Source: the human T2T-CHM13v2.0 reference genome, Homo sapiens
DNA length: 64,000 bases
Assembly (NCBI RefSeq): GCF_009914755.1
Contig: NC_060931.1
Direction: 5' to 3' (one strand)
Below are positions 19,511-31,859 of the stretch, one piece after another. Every line of letters starts with the position of its first letter. The first letter of the stretch is position 1. The translations under genes were made by a program, and so were the position numbers. The notes beneath the pieces are model-generated. The model was given only the letters and a program-made list of their open reading frames with translations. It was not told the origin of the DNA and made no database searches.

Positions 19511-20135
19511 TCCTAGTAAAGGTGAGATATTATGACCCGGCAATTCTACTCCTAGAAAGCCTTGCAGATGTGTACAGGAGTCCTACAGAAATATGTCCAT
19601 GGCAGCACGATCCATGTTCACGAAAAAAGGGAACTACTTGAATGTACATCCATAATAGGAAGTGACAAGTCATTATCATAAAATAACATAATGGAACACT
19701 GGAAAGTGGTAAAAGAATGGGTGAGCCAGCAACAGCTACCCAGAGTGACAAGGATATATTTCATAAAACGTCAAGTGAAAAAAAGTATAAGTGAAAAAAA
19801 ACATACATAGCATGATTCTAAAACTAAACATCATACTGTTAAGGATTATACACAAAGGTAAGAAACACGTAAGAAAGAGCAAAGGCAGGATAGAGGTTAC
19901 CTCTGGTTTGAGAGGAAGAAGGCTGAGATCCAGGACATCACAGAGATATCTTCAAGCATCCTGGTAATGCTCTGTGTTTGGCTGGTGGTAGGAACATGGC
20001 TGCTGTATTGTTCTTAACTGAACATATACATAATGTATGTTCTTTTTTGGTGTGTGATTTTTTTCTCGAAATGTAAATTAAAATTTAGTAGCTGAAGAAT
20101 ACTCAAAAAGGGGTGGCATTTTAAGTAAAATGGTA

Positions 20136-20953
20136 TATGGTAGGCTAAATAATAACCCATCAAAGATATCCAGGTCCTAATTCTCCAAAACCTGTCACTG
20201 TGTTGCCTTAGATAACAAAAGAGACTTGGCTGATGGCCTGGTTTGCTGTGTCCCCACCCAAATCTCATCTTGAATTCTCATGTGTTGTGGGAGGCACCTG
20301 GCAGGAGGTAATTAAATCATGGGGACAAGTCTTTCCTGTGCCGTTCTCATGACAGTGAATAAGTCTCATGAAATATAACAGTATTATAAGGTGAAGTTTC
20401 CCTGCACAAGCTCACTTTTTGCCTGCTGCCATCCATGTAAGATGTGACTTGCTCCTCTTTGCCTTCCACCATGATTGTGAGGCCTCCCTAGCCATATGGA
20501 ACTGTAAGTCTGTTAAACCTCTTTTTGTTCCTAGTCTCGGATCTGTCTTTATCAGCAACAGACTAATACAGCTAATTTGATTAAGTTAAAGATTTTGCAA
20601 CGGGGAGATTATCCTGGATTATCTGGGTGGGTAATCACAGGGGTCCTTATAAATGGGAAGCAGGGGATTAAAGGCAGAAGGAGATGGGATGGTGGGTGCA
20701 GAGGCTGAAGTGCTAAGTGTTGAAGAGGGTAGAAGAGGCCATGAGCTAAGGAATGTAGGCAGCCTTTAGCTGGAAAAGCTAAGGAAACAAATTCTCCTCT
20801 GGAACCTCCACAAAGAATGCAGCACTACTGATACTTTGAATTTAACCCTCATTTCAGGTTTCTGACTTCCAGAACAGTAAGATAATACATTTGTATTATT
20901 GAAACCATTAAGTGTTTGGAAATTTATTACAGCAGCAGTAGAAAACTAAGACA
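20136..20953 (+). mobile_element. MLT1D-like solo LTR interrupted by THE1
   Basis: tatggtaggctaaataat...ggagattatcctggattatctgggtggg...cagcagcagtagaaaactaagaca; flanks tggta/tggtg. Confidence 0.85.
20231..20570 (+). mobile_element. THE1 (THE1B-like) solo LTR
   Basis: tgtgtccccacccaaatctcatcttgaatt...gccttccaccatgattgtgaggcctccc...gactaataca. Confidence 0.9.
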
Positions 20954-22050
20954 TGGTGGTTTGATGACTTGGCTTCAGGAAATTTTGTGTTTTAATGGAT
21001 CTTAGGGAACAATAAAAAAGAAATGATTTTAAGTGGAGGTCTGTCACTAGTCTGAACCATCAGAAAACAGGGAAAGAAATGTGTACTTGGGTTGAAAATT
21101 AAAATCTCTGTTTAGGATGTTGCATTTACAAAGTATAACTGATTCCTCGAACTCATTTGCAGACCAAAGTCTTTCTATCTTGTGCATTCAGAATACATAG
21201 CTTGAATTTTAGGACTGTGCCAATGTGACATACATTTAGGTTAACAATCCCAGAGTTAGAACCTAGAATTTACTGCCTAATGACAATGTGTGATTTTTTT
21301 TTTCTGAAAATCAAAATGTACTAAATTGTTGACCAGAACTTCAGGCTTAGGTACTTTGGTGCTTGAAAGAGCTGCCCGAAGTAACTGTAGCAAGGGCTAA
21401 TTGGGAAAGCTTAGCTGACAATTATGGTTTTGCACCTGATTTTTAAAAGTATATACCTATGAGACAGAATATGACAAAAACGCAAAAGTGAATAAAAGGG
21501 AAAGAGTTGAAAATACAAGGACTTGCATTTCAGTCTCTGACCCAGGATACTGTCACCCAATAGTTTTAGTTAAGTGTCCCCTTATTTAACCCCTTATGGG
21601 TATTATGTCTTTTCTATAAGATATAAGAGAATGGACCACACTAGGACACCTGTCTGAAAAATTCTATACATTAATGCAGAAACATATGTTACACTGTTTT
21701 TCCCAGCTGCTGCTCAGGGGGAAGTCACAATATGTAAGCCAGACTGCTGGCTTCACACATCCTCCATTAAGATTCTCAGTGGTGAAGGTTGGTGAGTAAA
21801 AAGAAATATCTTTCCCAATAAATACAATTCCATAATTTGATATCGTGAGAAAAATACCATGTAACTCTATTTGCTCATAGTATTTTCTAAACATTTATTA
21901 TTTGTATAGGTTTTGAACTGGGAATACTTTATATGAACACCTGAGTGTTAAGATAATTGAGGTTATCTCAAGATACAAATAATTTGTACTCTCAACTGTA
22001 GGTTATTATAAGCACGAAAAGTGTGGTTGAAAATGAAATGCTGATTTTGA

Positions 22051-22379
<329 letters not shown>

Positions 22380-23215
22380 TAATTTTGAAAATCAGTATTT
22401 CAAATACCAGAATTCAAATTGTTCAAGTTGAATCTGTTTCTGAATTATTTTTGCATCTTCACAGGGTGTCAAATACAATGTCTGAACTGTTGTCATAAGC
22501 ATTCAGTACTTCCCGGGTACAAGTAGTCACTATGCCCACAGTTACTTGTTTTAATTCTGAGTTCTTTTTAATACTCAGCAGTAGCTGGCATATGGGAGTT
22601 GCCAAGATGTTTCTTTAGGAAGCCCCGGGAAAACAAGAGTGGAAATATAAATGGGAGAAGAGCAGGATATTTCTTACGGCTCCACTTCTTCACATGCAAC
22701 TGTTCCATATTAAGCCACAATAGGTTAGAAAGGGATTGTTACTTAGACCATCGAATGAGTATGTGTGAGATTACTGCAAGAACAGATCTTATGTGCCAAA
22801 ATAACAAGTATGTGTTAAAATATTAGTGCAGATAAAATTTGAGCTAATTCCTAGCTCATTTTATCTAAGACTAGGCACAATTCTCAAATACCGAAGAGCT
22901 TGTAATGTGAAGTCGCATATTCTAGCTAAAACCTGTTAGGGTTCTAGCAAGTATATGCTATATATAAACCTGCTAGGTTCTAGCACGTGATATGCACAAT
23001 CATTGATACAATCCTCTGCAGCAAAATAACATTCTCTATCACCTTAAAAATATGATCCAGGCTGTGGAGTCTACCAATCCTTGTATGAGTATCGTAATAT
23101 TCACATGAACATAATATTAATGTGTAAAAGTAAGGCAGTTTCAAGAAGAGAGAAAAATAAAATGGAAGATGAAGGTGCTATTATTTTCTTTATGATATTT
23201 AAAAATGTTCTTAAG

Positions 23216-23447
23216 ATGAGAACACGTGGACACATGTGAGGGAACAACACACACTGGGGCCTGTCAGAGGGTGGAGGGTGAGGAGGAAGAACATCAGGAA
23301 GAATAACTAATGGATGCTGGGCTTAATACGTAGGCGATGGGTTGATCTGTGCAACCAACCACCATGGCACACATTTACCCATGTAACAAACCTGCACGTC
23401 CTGCACATGGACCCCTGAACTTAAAATAAAAGTTGAAGAAAAGAAAA
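23216..23447 (+). mobile_element. L1PA (PA13-16-type) 3' end
   Basis: gggaacaacacacactggggcctgtcagaggg...ctaatggatgctgggcttaatac...cctgaacttaaaataaaagtt plus A-rich tail. Confidence 0.88.
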
Positions 23448-26046
23448 ACATAATGAGAAACCACTATACACCTACCAGATTGTCTAAAATAAAGAGTACA
23501 ATAATGAATGCTAAAATAAATAATAATAATAAAAAAGATCTTTGAGGGACTCCTGAAGAGAAAAGCTGTGGCTGCATCATAACAGACCACCTTCTTGCTG
23601 CCCTATTTAATGTGGTCTTAACATTTATGAAATTATAAAATTGAACCATAAAAAGGTAATTTTCCAGAAAGTCAATTTATGAGCATGATTTTTCTATTAT
23701 GCAATAACAAAAATGTGCATGCCACGTATTAACATTGATCACACATAATTTCCTTGACCAATGGCAAATTTGCCAGATGATCTAGAACATAGTTAGATCT
23801 AGTTCTTATGCTATTATTGTGTGGCTGACTGCCTGGGTCAGGAACAGAAGTGGGGAATTTGGGAATATGTAGGTGTCCACAGGAGAGGGGCATGGCCTGC
23901 TTTTATATTAGTGATGTGTGTTTGTTGAGAAATTGCTGTAGAATATATTCCAGCTCTTCCCAGCTTGCCTTTGCTCTACTGGACTCCAGGCACCTCATTA
24001 TAAGTTTCATTTAACATGCAGATGTGTGAGTCTTGTAGTCTGTGCACAGTTATAATATGGTTGAACAAGACTGTAAGGGATCACCTAACCTTCATGTGAA
24101 TAATTAATTCATAAAGATTAGCATTAAAACATCTTCAATTCAAAAAATAAAGAGACCACTCAGCAATCTTTTTCTTGGGGGCAATCTCTACTTGTCTTTT
24201 TCATTGTCCTGTTGTCCAGGTAAGAGTTTCTTTGTGTCTAGCAGCAATTCCTCTATGGTTCATTTTAGAATAATAATTTATTTCCTTATTTGAATGACTA
24301 TCATCAGAATCCCTGGCCAGAATGATCCTCAAAAACTCTAGATACTCAAAAACAGCCTTTGAGTCACCCTGGAGCCACTTCTTAAAAGTGCTTGGCCTCA
24401 CCTTGCCTGACTTCTTTTTCATCCCTTTAGCTAGTCTGCTCTCTCTTCTTTGAATGCGGTTGGGTTCTGCAGTTTTTTCAGTGTGCTGTCCAAAACAGGA
24501 TACTTTCTTCCCTTTGACTAATGGGGAGGAGAGAAGAAGAATTATGTTTCAGCCTTGCCTACTTTACTCCTATTGATTTGTGCTGGTATCATATTGACTT
24601 TTATCACAATAGCACTGAATTGCTGATTCATATTCGGCTGTGGCCAACCACAGCCAAACATAAAGAGAACATAAAATAGTTCTCTTTCTATTTTATTTGT
24701 TCATGCTTGCTGTTCCCCATCATGTATTCATGGTGCCTCGTAATTTTTTCAGAGTATATTACTCTGTACTTACCTTATTAAATACTTTTTAGCTGTTCCT
24801 AATAATCAAGTGTTAATGTCTTCTTACAGCAAAATACAGGCATGTTTTATAAAGCACTATTATCTCTTTGAGTCTTTAGCATACTGATTTGAACACATAG
24901 CTGATTTTGCATAGCTCTTCTCCAAAGCTACATATTATCTGATTATATGTATAAGTAAACTATAACTATTCATTTCATAGCATGTTATGTACATGTAGAG
25001 ATTGCATAGTAGATGCTGAGTAAATATTTATTGATAGTTAATGACCACAGGCTGTTGTACATAGAAACCATTCCAAGTTCGTGCAGGAAACACTGATTTT
25101 TTAAAAAGCATGCTTTGGCCTGTCTTTCCTGTTTACATTTAAACAATAAGGATGAAAAACTACAAGCCAGAGGGCTTCTGTTGTTCTCAGTGAATAACTG
25201 AGATGGTGTTTTGGTGGCATGCTCACAAGGTTTGTGGAAGTTAACTTCACACCAGGAACTCTGTATTGAAATAGATTGTTTAAGAATAATTCTTCTCTTT
25301 GAGAAGGGTGAGGGATTAATCTGCAGAAATGTTCATGCTAGAGCTGTGCATGTGTTGAAATTTGTCAGGGAGAAGATAAATGGGCCCTCCTTGAAAAGTA
25401 AATCGCACCATGGCTAATCCCTTGGGAAAGCTGGAGAATTGTTATGGTAGCAAAAGCAACCTCGAAAAAGGAGGCACCATCACTGTTTACTTAGAAAGGA
25501 GAAAGATGGGGAGAAAACTTGATGGTAAAAGGAAATGAAGGGGTACATAACTTTGAAAATATGTTTATTCAAATATATATATGAAATGTAAGTATGACTG
25601 CACTGGGATTTTTATTTTTGGGAAATCATTTATGTGCTTTAAATTAAGAGTTGCACTTAGTACTGATAGGAAAAATATGTAACAATAGTTTGTCTGGGCA
25701 CTGACCAATCAGAAGAGACATCAGGAGAGGTGCCTGAGCTGAGTCTCGAAGATGCCCCGCCCAGTGCCAGGTGTTAACCCTTTAGTGCTGACACAAAAGG
25801 AGTAGTTGAAGGGCTGCTTAAAAAACTCAGAGCAGTGTCTATCCCTAATAGGTACGGGAGATATTAATATTTTAACAACTAGTATGGCTATTCTGGAGTG
25901 TACCATCTAAATATCAGCTCTTATCCTAATATCCTAATATAAAAGTATTTAGTAATTTTACTGAAAAAATAACAGAAATTTTTTCACAGAGATGATATAT
26001 ACTAAAGGAGAAGTCATAAAATGTCCATGAAATTCTGAATATCTTT

Positions 26047-26281
26047 AGTGTTGCCAGATTTAGCAAACCAAAACAAATAAAACAAAAAAGCTAAAAAGAC
26101 CAAAAAAGCAAAATGCCCAGTTAAATTTGGAAATCAGATAAACAATGAATAGCTGTGATTTTTAAAAAAAGTATTAATATGTCCCAAGAAATATTTGGGA
26201 TATACTTATGCTAAAATATTATTCATTATTTATATGATATTCAGGTTTAATTGGGAATTTTCTACTTTATCTGGCAACCCC
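26047..26281. mobile_element. MER53 palindromic MITE
   Basis: Terminal inverted repeats GTTGCCAGAT (26050-26059) / ATCTGGCAAC (26269-26278); internal cccagttaaattt...tatgtcccaa..ttgggatatacttatgcta palindrome. Confidence 0.9.
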
Positions 26282-26895
26282 AAATAGGATATATTTAGCA
26301 GGAAGTGTGTCAATATTCTCCTCAAAGTGCTAAATGAAAGAGAAGAGAAAGGTATGTTCAGGGAGCCCAGCACATTGAGATCACCTGAGAACACTTGACA
26401 GGAGGCCACTCTGGAATTCCAATGCTGTGGCAAGAAATGTTACCTGCAGAATTACAGAACCCTGGCATAGAAAGGTTGCATATAATGAGATGGTTTTGAA
26501 ATTATACTAAGAGGACATAAGGTGCCACTAGCATTTAAAAGAGTTGCATTTTCCAACTAGGAAATGCCAATCTAGTAATTATCAAATAGCATCTATCAAG
26601 TGCCTGTCTACATGGGCCATTGTGTAAGGTGTTTTACAAAGTGAGAAAAGAGACGTGGCAGATAGCCCTTGTCAGCCTGTAGTCTAGACATCTGCACTGA
26701 AATGGAATCATGAAGGGGATGACCGAAAAAAATGTTGATTAAAGATCCATAACCTCTTTCATTTACCCTAAACAGAGAAAACTTAGCTTGATTTATAGGA
26801 TAGGGTTTTGTAAATCATTTTAAAATGCAGTTTTATTACATCCAAATGTTGATATGTACAATTATTTAGTAGGCTCCGAAATATATGCCATAGAA

Positions 26896-27120
26896 CAGAA
26901 TTTCTCAACCCAAGCACTATTGACATGTTGTACTGAATAATTCTCCCTTGTGCAGAAGTCTAGCCTGTGTATTGCAGTATCGTAGCAGCATTCCTGGTCT
27001 CTTCCTGCCGCGTGCCAGTTGCACACTCTCTGCTAGTCATGCTAATCAAAACTGCCTTCGGACATTGCCAAATGTACCCTGGGGGCAGGGGGCAAAATTG
27101 CCCAGAGTTGAGAACTACTC
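26896..27120. mobile_element. MER20 (hAT-Charlie)
   Basis: tttctcaacc..gcactattgacat...gacattgccaaatgtaccctggggg..ggcaaaattgccc..gttgagaactact. Confidence 0.88.
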
Positions 27121-27204
27121 ATTTAAGCAACTGCTGGAGAGAGATTCCTGGCAATGTAGGTGGGGGAAAGGTTTCTTCAGACTCACAAATGTGCGCATGA
27201 TTCA

Positions 27205-27343
27205 GCTAGTTTCAAATATCTGCTATGTTCAGAAAGCCTTCATATTTAATCACCACCTGGTCCCATCCCAGAGATTCTGATTTAATTCATCTGAAATAGG
27301 GCGTAGGCAACTGGACATTTAAAAAGGCTCCAAGTAATTCACT
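27205..27343. mobile_element. MER5-family fragment
   Basis: cccatcccagagattctgatttaatt. Confidence 0.6.
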
Positions 27344-27351
27344 CTTTAGAG

Positions 27352-27515
27352 TGGTGGTTCTCAAACCTTAGGAAGCATCAGAATCACCTGGATGGCTTGT
27401 AAACACAGACCTCTGTTCTTAATTCCTGGAGTGGGGCCTGAGAATTTGCATTTCTCGTAAGTGCCCAGCTGCTGCTTATGTTGCTGGTCTTTGGAACACA
27501 CTTTGAGAACCACTA
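27352..27515. mobile_element. MER5A
   Basis: gtggttctcaaa...gcatcagaatcacctgga...gaatttgcatttct...cactttgagaaccact; TSD ctttagag/gtttagag. Confidence 0.88.
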
Positions 27516-29433
27516 GTTTAGAGACACACTCCTGACCTTTCTCTGCCCCTTCATTTCCATTTTTCCAAGAAAGGAGATATGGCTGACAGGGACACATGGA
27601 ATTGATGAACTATAGATGCATACCTGTATGGTTTCATCCCTGCCAAGCACCCATTTTTGAATTTTCCCTTCTACAGGCTGAGCACATTCAGCTGTTATCT
27701 GCAGTGCAGTAAAGCCATCTGCCCCTATGCTAGTACTTGGTAACCGGCCTGGCCAAATTCTAGACTGCAATACAGGAATCCAGCAGTGCTCACACATCTT
27801 AGCACTGTTCCTCAGTGATGGATCAGTAATGAAGCTGACAGTTTGAAAAGGGATTCTCCATCTGCCAGTCTCCTTTTTTGTCTTAATTCGTTCTGACCTT
27901 GGATGGGAAATGGGAATAACTGATTGGAGCCCTCTTCCTACCAATCATATTTTAGTTCAGTGACTTGGGCTTCTGTTTTCTATAGAATCGGAGAGGAAAG
28001 GTGAGGACAAGGGGGCACGCATACAACCCTTTCTCTGATGTCTACACATAACTCTTGATAAAACATAAAATTGTTGGAAACAAAATAACAGTACATAAAA
28101 TGTGGGGAAGCAAAAATCTTGGACTTTTATCTCATGGCAATATAAAGTTTTTAGATGTTCCTTAAGATAGAAAGTAAAAACAAAGAAGACCTTTAAGAAT
28201 TTCCTGGAATAATCCACTAGTATTAAGGCTAACTTTTTTTTATCTTACCCTCCGCTGAACCACATCTATGAAATTCACTTTCTTAGTTAAGGGAGCTGGA
28301 ATTCTGGCTCACACTTGTGTCCATAACTCACTGTCTTGGTACTGTGCCTCATATTTTTGTTTCTCCACTATACTTTGCCTTGTGATATTATAATTCCAAT
28401 TAATCGGGTTAAAAGTTGGCCTAGAAGAGGGTCATGGGAGCCCACTGATATTTGTTCATAGAACACTGCAGCAGTCTTTAAGGGAATTGCCTGCTAAAGT
28501 GCTATAGATATTAGAGTGACACATAAATATTCATATATTCATTGATGATGGATTGCATGAATAGAATAATGGACAAAGGTGGTTAGGAGAGCTAGTCTAT
28601 TAGAAAAATTTAAAATACAACCCTTCTGTCCTACAAGTAGAACATGAAAATTGCTATGCTAAGGGTATTTCTCATTCTCTACCTTGTCATTCTATGCAAA
28701 TTCTAGAAGACCCAAGGGGATACCAACTCTTCCTCTCCACAAGGGCCACCAATTCTGTTTAAATTCTCTTCCTCCAGGAAAGATCCCTTAAGTGACTCCT
28801 AAGGTACAAACAGCAGAGTTTGAAAAATGGTAGAGTATATGTAAAGCATTCTGTGATTGAATCGTAGCTCCCAGAAAATGAACTCTCTGAGCTGTGCTTT
28901 CCTCTAGTCTGAGTGATGTATACATTTATTTATAAATACAGAATAATCATGGCCAGTGATAGCAAATTGTCTAACTCCTGGATTTTTATTTATATGAGTA
29001 TTTCCTTCTTTTGCCTGTATTTAATCATTCCACTTAAGTGTTTCTAGAAGTTTCCCTGGACTTCCAAATGGCTAAATAAACCTATCTTAGTATCAGAAAG
29101 AAACTCAAGAAGTGATTTAGCCCAAATTCTACTTCTAGGCAAGATCCCCCCTTCAGTTTTCAACAAAAAAGGGTCTGTTCTCCCAAGTTCTTCCAGATCT
29201 CGTATCCCCTTACAAGCTAACTCTTGTTAGTGAGATGCAGCACTGAATCACTCTTGCTGTCAGGTCTCTTTCTTCTGGCTAGTTTGTGGTGTTTAAACCC
29301 ATTTCCTCCACCTCATGGTGCTCAACTGCTCGGCTGCTCCCATACAGACACCTTCCACTTTTTGCGCCTCACTGGCAAAGCCACCTGTTGTTTGTTTCCT
29401 GGAGTATGCAATCTGCCATTTTTCACAGTTGAT

Positions 29434-30262
29434 TGTGTTAGTCTGGGTTCTCTAGAGAAACAGAAGCAATGGGAGATACATACATACATACATACACACA
29501 CAAACACACACCCCAGTTGAGAGAGAGAGAGACTGATTTACTGTAAAGAATTGGCTTCGCAGGGCACAGTGACTTGGCACTTTGGGAGGCCGAGGAGGGC
29601 GGATCGCTTGAGCTCAGGTGCTCGAGACCAGCCTGGGCAACGTGGCAAAACCCTATCTTTTCAAAAAATACAAAAATCAGCCAGGCATGATGGAGTGTAC
29701 CTGTAGTCTTAGCTACTCAGGAGGCTGAAGTGGGAGGATCACTTGAGTCTGGGAGGTCGAAGCTGCACTGAGCCATGATCACGCCACTGCACTCCAGCCT
29801 GGGCAGCAGCGTGAGACCCTGTCTCCATAACCAAACAAACAAAAAAGAATTGGCATGTGTGAGAGGCTGAGAAGTCCCAAGATCTGCAGTCAGCAAGCTG
29901 GAGACCCATGAGAGCCCATAATATAATTCCAGTCCAAGTCCAAAGGCCTAAGAAGCAGGAGATACAATGATATAAGTTTCAGTCAAGTCTGAGTCTGAAG
30001 GCAGGAGATCAGTGTCCCAGCTGGAAGACAGGCAGAGAGAAAGAATTCTTTCATACTCAGCCTCTTATTCTATTCAGGCCTCTAAGGGACTGAATGAGGC
30101 CCACCCACACTGGGGAGGGCAATCTGCTTTACTTAGTTTACCAGTTCACATGTAAATTGCATCGTGAAACACCTTTACAGACTCACCCAGAAATAATGTT
30201 TCACCAAATATGTGGGCATCCCATAGTCTAGTCAAGTTGACACATTAAAATTAACTATCACC
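29434..30262 (-). mobile_element. MLT2B-type (ERVL) solo LTR with simple-repeat tract and nested Alu
   Basis: tgtgttagtctgggttctctagagaaacagaa...gaggcccacccacactggggagggcaatctgctttact...gtcaagttgacaca. Confidence 0.88.
29559..29843 (+). mobile_element. AluJ nested in MLT2
   Basis: ggatcgcttgagctcagg; TSD AAAGAATTGGC at 29545-29555 and 29844-29854. Confidence 0.92.
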
Positions 30263-30646
30263 ATGACACATTTTAATCCTTAAATCAGCACGCTCTTCTG
30301 TAAACCTTTCTAATAGCTCCATGATCCTTGTAAGATGTTAAAACTAACACTGGCCACAGCATGTAATGACAGCTGGACCTGGCTCAGAAGCAGGAAGGAT
30401 TGCTTTCCAACCTTGAAAAGGTAGCAAGATCCCTGTTAATACAACCTGCCAGTAGAGTGTGATGAAGTCATGAACATGGAGAGAAAAACAGTCCTTGCTC
30501 CTTGTTCCAGCCTACCATAGAAATTGTCCATTAGTCTTCTTTCAAGTCTCTACAAACGTGAGTATTTCCCTTTAAATCTAGAGGGCCCCAAGAGACCTGT
30601 ATGTTTCAGAACTGGACCTAGGATGTGATTTGGGTGCTATTGATCA

Positions 30647-30860
30647 TAACAGCAATGATACCACAGCTGCTCTTTATTAAATGCCTACTTAATGTTAGGC
30701 ATTTTACAGCACTATCTCAGGGCCTCTGTCATCCTGCATAGTTGATATTTAATATGCCACTCTCATAGATGAGAAAAGGGACTCAGACAGGTAAGTAACT
30801 TACCTTGGGCAAGTGATGGTTCTGGGGTTCACATCCAGTTCACCTTCGAAGTCTGTTTTA
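30647..30860 (-). mobile_element. MIR
   Basis: tttattaaatgcctact...catagatgagaaaagggactcagacaggtaagtaactt. Confidence 0.65.
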
Positions 30861-31531
30861 TTTTTCCTGCTTGCATGGTCCCAGACTTGGCCAAGTAGGG
30901 GCAAATTCACTAAGTGATCTAGGCTTAGCTGGTACTGTCAAAAGACTCTGGATTACATGGGTTATGATGACGGGTCATATTAGATTTTGGGGAGCTGCTC
31001 CAAACTCCAGCCTAGGATCCTAACTGAAGGTTTGGTTTCCAGGGCCAAAAATGTCAAATTGATCTTGGCATCATCTGCACCATCTGACAAAGTGTCTTAC
31101 ACATAATAGGCAATCAAAAGATATTACCTGATTGGTTGATTGATTCACTGAGAGGCTGGTGCAGGCCTGTTGTAATGATACTAATTTAACTCCTCTGATT
31201 CTACTAAGAATCAGAAACGTCTCCTGATGTTTCATCATCTCTGGGAATTTGCATGATATTGGGGATACTTAGATTTTAGTTCTGACACTGCTAACCTTAG
31301 GCTAGTTACTTAACTCTAAACCTTGATTCCCTCCATTTTAAAGAAATGGCTGGAACTGGATGTGTCTCTTTCACCACAAACACTCTCCCTGTTAGATGAC
31401 ATAGTGAGGCTCTAAAAATTGATTTAGAGTTTGTAAGTTAAATGGTGACCATGGTGAAGAAGACAGAGCCAGCATCTCCAGCCACCCACTCCTGGGAGGA
31501 GCTTATGTCATTTTAAAATTGAGTTAAGACA

Positions 31532-31841
31532 GGCTGGGCACAGTGACTCACACCTGTAATCCCAGCACTTTGGGAGGCTAAGGCAGGAGGATCAATTGAG
31601 CTCAGGAGTTTGAGACTAGCATGGCCAACATGAGACCCATCTGTACCAAAAACACAAAAAATTAACTGGGCGTGGTGGCACACATCTGTGGTCCCAGCTA
31701 CTCAGGAGGCTAAGGTGGGAGGATCACTTGAGCTCAGGAGGTGGAGGTTGCAGTGAGCCAAGATTGTGCGACCGCACTCTAGCCTGGGTGACAGAGCCAG
31801 ACATTGTCTAATAAAATAAAATAAAATAAAATAAAATAAAT
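31532..31841 (+). mobile_element. AluJ with (AAAAT)n tail
   Basis: ggaggatcacttgagctcagg; TSD aaaattgagttaagac/aaaattggtttaagac. Confidence 0.92.
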
Positions 31842-31859
31842 AAAATTGGTTTAAGACTG

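Noticed and set aside
24636-24655. 8-bp hairpin GGCTGTGG-ccaa-CCACAGCC
   Set aside because: An isolated short stem is expected by chance and is too short for a pre-miRNA.
29041-29055. Perfect three-unit heat-shock element tTTCtaGAAgtTTCc
   Set aside because: About one is expected by chance in 64 kb of AT-rich DNA; no supporting context.
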